Source: an uncultured Gemmatimonadales bacterium
GTDB taxonomy: Bacteria > Gemmatimonadota > Gemmatimonadetes > Longimicrobiales > RSA9
Assembly: GCA_963783305.1 (NCBI GenBank)
Contig: CAWAMW010000009.1
Location: 1-11,429, forward strand
Length of the DNA: 11,429 nt
Direction: 5' to 3'
The position numbers and the translations under genes were made by a program. Below are positions 8,321 through 11,429 of the stretch, piece after piece (the first letter of the stretch is position 1; every line of letters starts with the position of its first letter). The notes under the pieces are model-generated. The model searched no databases. It saw only the letters and a list, made by a program, of their open reading frames with translations, and had not been told where the DNA came from.

Positions 8321-9296
8321 CCGGCAGGATCTCCATCGCCATGGCCACGTACAACGGGGCCACGCATCTGGGAGAGCAGCTCGAGAGCCTGGTGGACCAG
8401 ACCCGACAGCCCGATGAGCTGGTGGTGTCCGACGACGGTTCCACGGATGGCACGCTGCAGATCCTGGAGGAGTTCCGCGCGCGCGCTCCGTTCGACGTGA
8501 TCGTCCGCGAGAACGCCACGAACCTGGGGTACACCGGGAATTTCGACCGGGCCCTGGAGAGGGTGACGGGCGACCTGGTCTTCCTCAGTGATCAGGATGA
8601 CGTGTGGCTGCCGGAGAAGATCGAGGTGATGGGCGCCGCGGCGGAGAGGACGGACGCGATGGTGCTGATGAACGATGCACTGATCACCGACGCGAGCCTC
8701 CGGGTGAGCGGAGCGACGAAGCTCGGGCAGATCCGTTCCGCAGGGATGTCGGACAGCGATTTCGTCATGGGCTGCTGTGTGGCGGTCCGCGGTGATCTCC
8801 TGCGGCTGGTCCTGCCGGTGGACCCTGGCTACCCCGGTCACGACGCCTGGATCGTGCGGATCGCGGAGGGGATGGGCAGGAAGGAGATCCACGAGCAGCC
8901 GCTCCAGTATTACAGGATGCACGGCCGCAATACGTCCGAGTTCTTCGTGAACCGGACGAGACGCGTGACACGTCTCTCGTCGATCATGGCGGAGATCAGA
9001 AAGAGCCGCACCCGTGGCGACGCCTCGGACGCGGATCGGCCGGTCCGGGATCAGCAGATGCTGCTGCGGGGGGTGAGGCGTGCGATCGAGCCGTGCTCGA
9101 CGGGCGCGAGGCGGAGGACCTCAGGCGCTGTCGGCGGAGGATGGAAACCGAGTTGACGCACCTAGAGCACCGTGCGGAGATCCGTCGCCTCCCTCGCATT
9201 TACCGACTGCCGACCGTGGCTCGAGTGGCCCTCGAGGGCGGCTACGCGCATTCCAGGGGCTTCTGGAGCATGGCCCGTGACCTGTTGCTGAGATAG
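8317..9296 (+). CDS. GT2 family glycosyltransferase, one frameshift near 9090
   Basis: GTGA overlap start. ISIAMATYNGATHLGEQLESLVDQTRQPDELVVSDDGSTDGT..NLGYTGNF..FLSDQDDVWLPEK..GHDAW..YYRMHGRN. The C-terminus continues in the 9093..9296 frame (..VALEGGYAHSRGFWSMARDLLLR*), whose TAG abuts the next ATG at 9297. Confidence 0.88.
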
Positions 9297-10085
9297 ATGC
9301 GCCAGCCCGGAAGCCCGAGCGCCCGCCCGGTCGTGACCCGATACCCGCTCCTGGGCGTTCCCGTCGAAGCTCGTGACCAGGAGGAGTGGCAGACGCTGAT
9401 CGCCGAGGCCGTCTCCAGCGGGCGTAGGCTCGTGGTGGGGTCGCAGAACCTTCACGGCGTCCGGATGTACCACCGCGAGTCGTCGTTCCGGGCGCTCCAC
9501 GACCGCTCGCACGTGCACATCGATGGCATCCCGCTGGTGGTCTGGGGGAAGCTGCTGGGCCACCCGCTTCAGCGCCGTCACCGCGTGACGTGGGTGGACT
9601 GGCTCCCGCGTCTCCTCGCCCAGGCGGCGGAGAGCGGCTGGCGGGTGTACTACCTGGGAGCCGCGCCGGGCGTGGCCGAACGGGGCGCCGCGGTGTTCCG
9701 GGAGCGCCTGCCCGCCCTTCAGATCCGGGCCCGCCACGGATATTTCGACCTGGACTCCCGGGAGAACGACGCCGTGCTGGCCGACATCAATGGCTGGAAC
9801 GCGGACATCCTCCTGGTGGGGATGGGCATGCCCCGGCAGGAGCGGTGGGTCCTGGAGAGCCTGGAGCGGCTGCGGCCGCCGGCGATCCTCACCTGCGGGG
9901 CGGCCATGGAGTATTTTGCCGGGACCATGGCCACGCCGCCGCGGTGGACGGGGCCGCTGGGGCTGGAGTGGCTGGGCCGGTTGCTGGCGGAGCCGGGTCG
10001 TCTGTGGAAGCGGTACCTGCTGGAGCCGTGGTCGCTCCTACCGCACGCCGCCCGTGACATCCGAAAGCGGATCCGCCGCGGCTAG
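9297..10085 (+). CDS. WecB/TagA/CpsF family glycosyltransferase (GT26)
   Basis: HIDGIPLVVW..HRVTWVDW..VYYLGAAPGVAE..HGYFD..ILLVGMGMPRQERW..CGAAMEYFAG..PPRW..GLEWLGRLLAEPGRLWKRYL. Confidence 0.93.
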   Translation: MRQPGSPSARPVVTRYPLLGVPVEARDQEEWQTLIAEAVSSGRRLVVGSQNLHGVRMYHRESSFRALHDRSHVHIDGIPLVVWGKLLGHPLQRRHRVTWVDWLPRLLAQAAESGWRVYYLGAAPGVAERGAAVFRERLPALQIRARHGYFDLDSRENDAVLADINGWNADILLVGMGMPRQERWVLESLERLRPPAILTCGAAMEYFAGTMATPPRWTGPLGLEWLGRLLAEPGRLWKRYLLEPWSLLPHAARDIRKRIRRG

Positions 10086-11260
10086 AGCCGTTCCCGCACC
10101 CCCTCCACCAGCTCCGCCACCCGTCGCTCCCAGCTGTGCTCGCGCTGGACCACCTCGCGCGCCTCCCGACCCATGGCAGGCAGCTTCGCACTCGCCCGGA
10201 CCACCCGCCGCAGCGCGTCTCTCAGGCTGCGGCGGTCCTCCGACTCGAAGAGGAAGCCCGTCTCCCCATCCCGGATCACCGCGTCCGCGTCCCCGTGTCT
10301 CGCCGCCAGCACCGGGACCTCCATGGCCATGTACTCGTACAGCTTCAGCGGGGAGTGGTACATGCTGCCGATCGCCATCCGGGCCTGCCCCGAGTAGCCG
10401 ACGTCGAAGCCGGCAATGTACGCACGGACCGCCTCCCGCTCCACGCGTCCCACGAAAACGACACGATCGGCGAGCCCCAGCTCGGCCGAGCGCGCCTCCC
10501 ACGCTTTCCGCATGGCCCCGTCTCCCACCACCACCGCGTGGATGCGGAGCTCCTCCGCTCGCAGGTCGGCCATGGCTTCGAAGAGGCGGTCCAGTGCCTG
10601 CCAAGGCTCGAGGCCACCCACGAACCCCAGCGTGAGGCCGTCGAACCGTCGGATGGGCTTCACCGCCGCCGGATCGAAGAAAGTGGCGTCCACGCCGTTC
10701 GGGAGCACCAGGATCTTGTCGGGTGGCGTGGTCGTTTCTTCCACGATGAAGTCCCGGAGCGCCTCCGAGACCGCCACCAGCACGTCGCAGTCCCGGTAGG
10801 CGGCCACCTCCACGCGTCGGGCGAGGGAGCCGAGCGCCAGGCTGTTGCGCTCGTGCCTGGCCTCGTAGAAGAACGGGCCGTTCACTTCCAGGATCCACGG
10901 TACGCCGCAGCGCTGGAAGCGCCGGCCATAGGTCTGGAGGGTGGCGAACCGCTCGTACACCCAGTCCACCCGCCCGCGCAGCTCCCGGAAGGCCAGCCGC
11001 CCGTATCGCGCCCCCACGAGCATGCGACCCAGGTCGGCCGCCAGCCGACGGGCGAACCCGCCCCTGATCCGTTCGCCCGAGCCCCGCCCGCTCGCACTCC
11101 GCGGCAGCCGGTCACCCGTGATGAACGTCTCCACCTTCCAGCCGTTCGACTCGAAGCCGTCAATCGTCCCCAGAACATGCGTCCGGGGCCCCCCCGTCTC
11201 CGCGTCCGGACGCGTGGACACCCGGACCGACGGGGACAGGTAGCCGAGGCGGTGGGCCAT
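10082..11260 (-). CDS. GT4 family glycosyltransferase
   Basis: Probable start MAHRLGYLS (ATG 11260). DWVYER..PWILEVNGP..VAVSEALRD..VLPNGVD..GFVGGLEPWQAL..VVGDG..FVGRV..SPLKLYEYMAMEVPV..DGETGFLF..HSWERR. The ORF is open up to 11398, but that extension looks non-homologous. Confidence 0.9.
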   Translation of the reverse strand: MAHRLGYLSPSVRVSTRPDAETGGPRTHVLGTIDGFESNGWKVETFITGDRLPRSASGRGSGERIRGGFARRLAADLGRMLVGARYGRLAFRELRGRVDWVYERFATLQTYGRRFQRCGVPWILEVNGPFFYEARHERNSLALGSLARRVEVAAYRDCDVLVAVSEALRDFIVEETTTPPDKILVLPNGVDATFFDPAAVKPIRRFDGLTLGFVGGLEPWQALDRLFEAMADLRAEELRIHAVVVGDGAMRKAWEARSAELGLADRVVFVGRVEREAVRAYIAGFDVGYSGQARMAIGSMYHSPLKLYEYMAMEVPVLAARHGDADAVIRDGETGFLFESEDRRSLRDALRRVVRASAKLPAMGREAREVVQREHSWERRVAELVEGVRERL

Positions 11261-11429
11261 GAAGACAGCATCAGGAGCGAGGAAACTGGAGATCGACCGC
11301 ACCAGAGTAGCGCGGCCAGTGCGCGAGGGACAACTCGCCGCGCGTGGAGGGACAGTTGATCCACCGAGGCGAGCGGCCGCCCCGACCGCACCCGTCATCG
11401 CACGGACTGGCTCTACGCACGTTCGCCAG

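Noticed and set aside
11261..11398. 46-aa N-terminal extension of the minus-strand GT4
   Set aside because: It does not resemble GT4; the fold plausibly begins at MAHRLGYLS (11260).
1..11429. CRISPR arrays, tRNA/rRNA genes, IS elements or integrases
   Set aside because: No regularly spaced repeats, cloverleaf, rRNA signature, or transposase/integrase motifs were recognised.

Overview
High-GC bacterial surface-polysaccharide locus in two blocks separated by a 5' fragment of secA. Left block (+, 1-5194, mostly with overlapping or closely spaced stop/start codons): 3' end of a sulfotransferase, an uncharacterised deacetylase-fold protein, a GT4 glycosyltransferase and a PglC/PglD/PglE-like trio (phosphoglycosyl transferase, acetyltransferase, DegT-type aminotransferase; bacillosamine-type initiation). 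Roughly 15 reading-frame breaks lie in the first ~4.15 kb and look more like sequencing or consensus errors than true decay. Middle: a 201-codon secA N-terminal fragment (5388-5993) whose homology ends abruptly just before the TVNDYLA motif, preceded by a structured leader. Right block: Wzx-like flippase, Sulfotransfer_2-family protein, GT2 (one frameshift), WecB/TagA/CpsF transferase (+) and a convergent GT4 (-). Most notable: the truncated secA at the block junction, and a probably sulfated, bacillosamine-primed glycan with two sulfotransferase families and an orphan deacetylase-like gene. All family assignments are from motif recognition; no searches were run.
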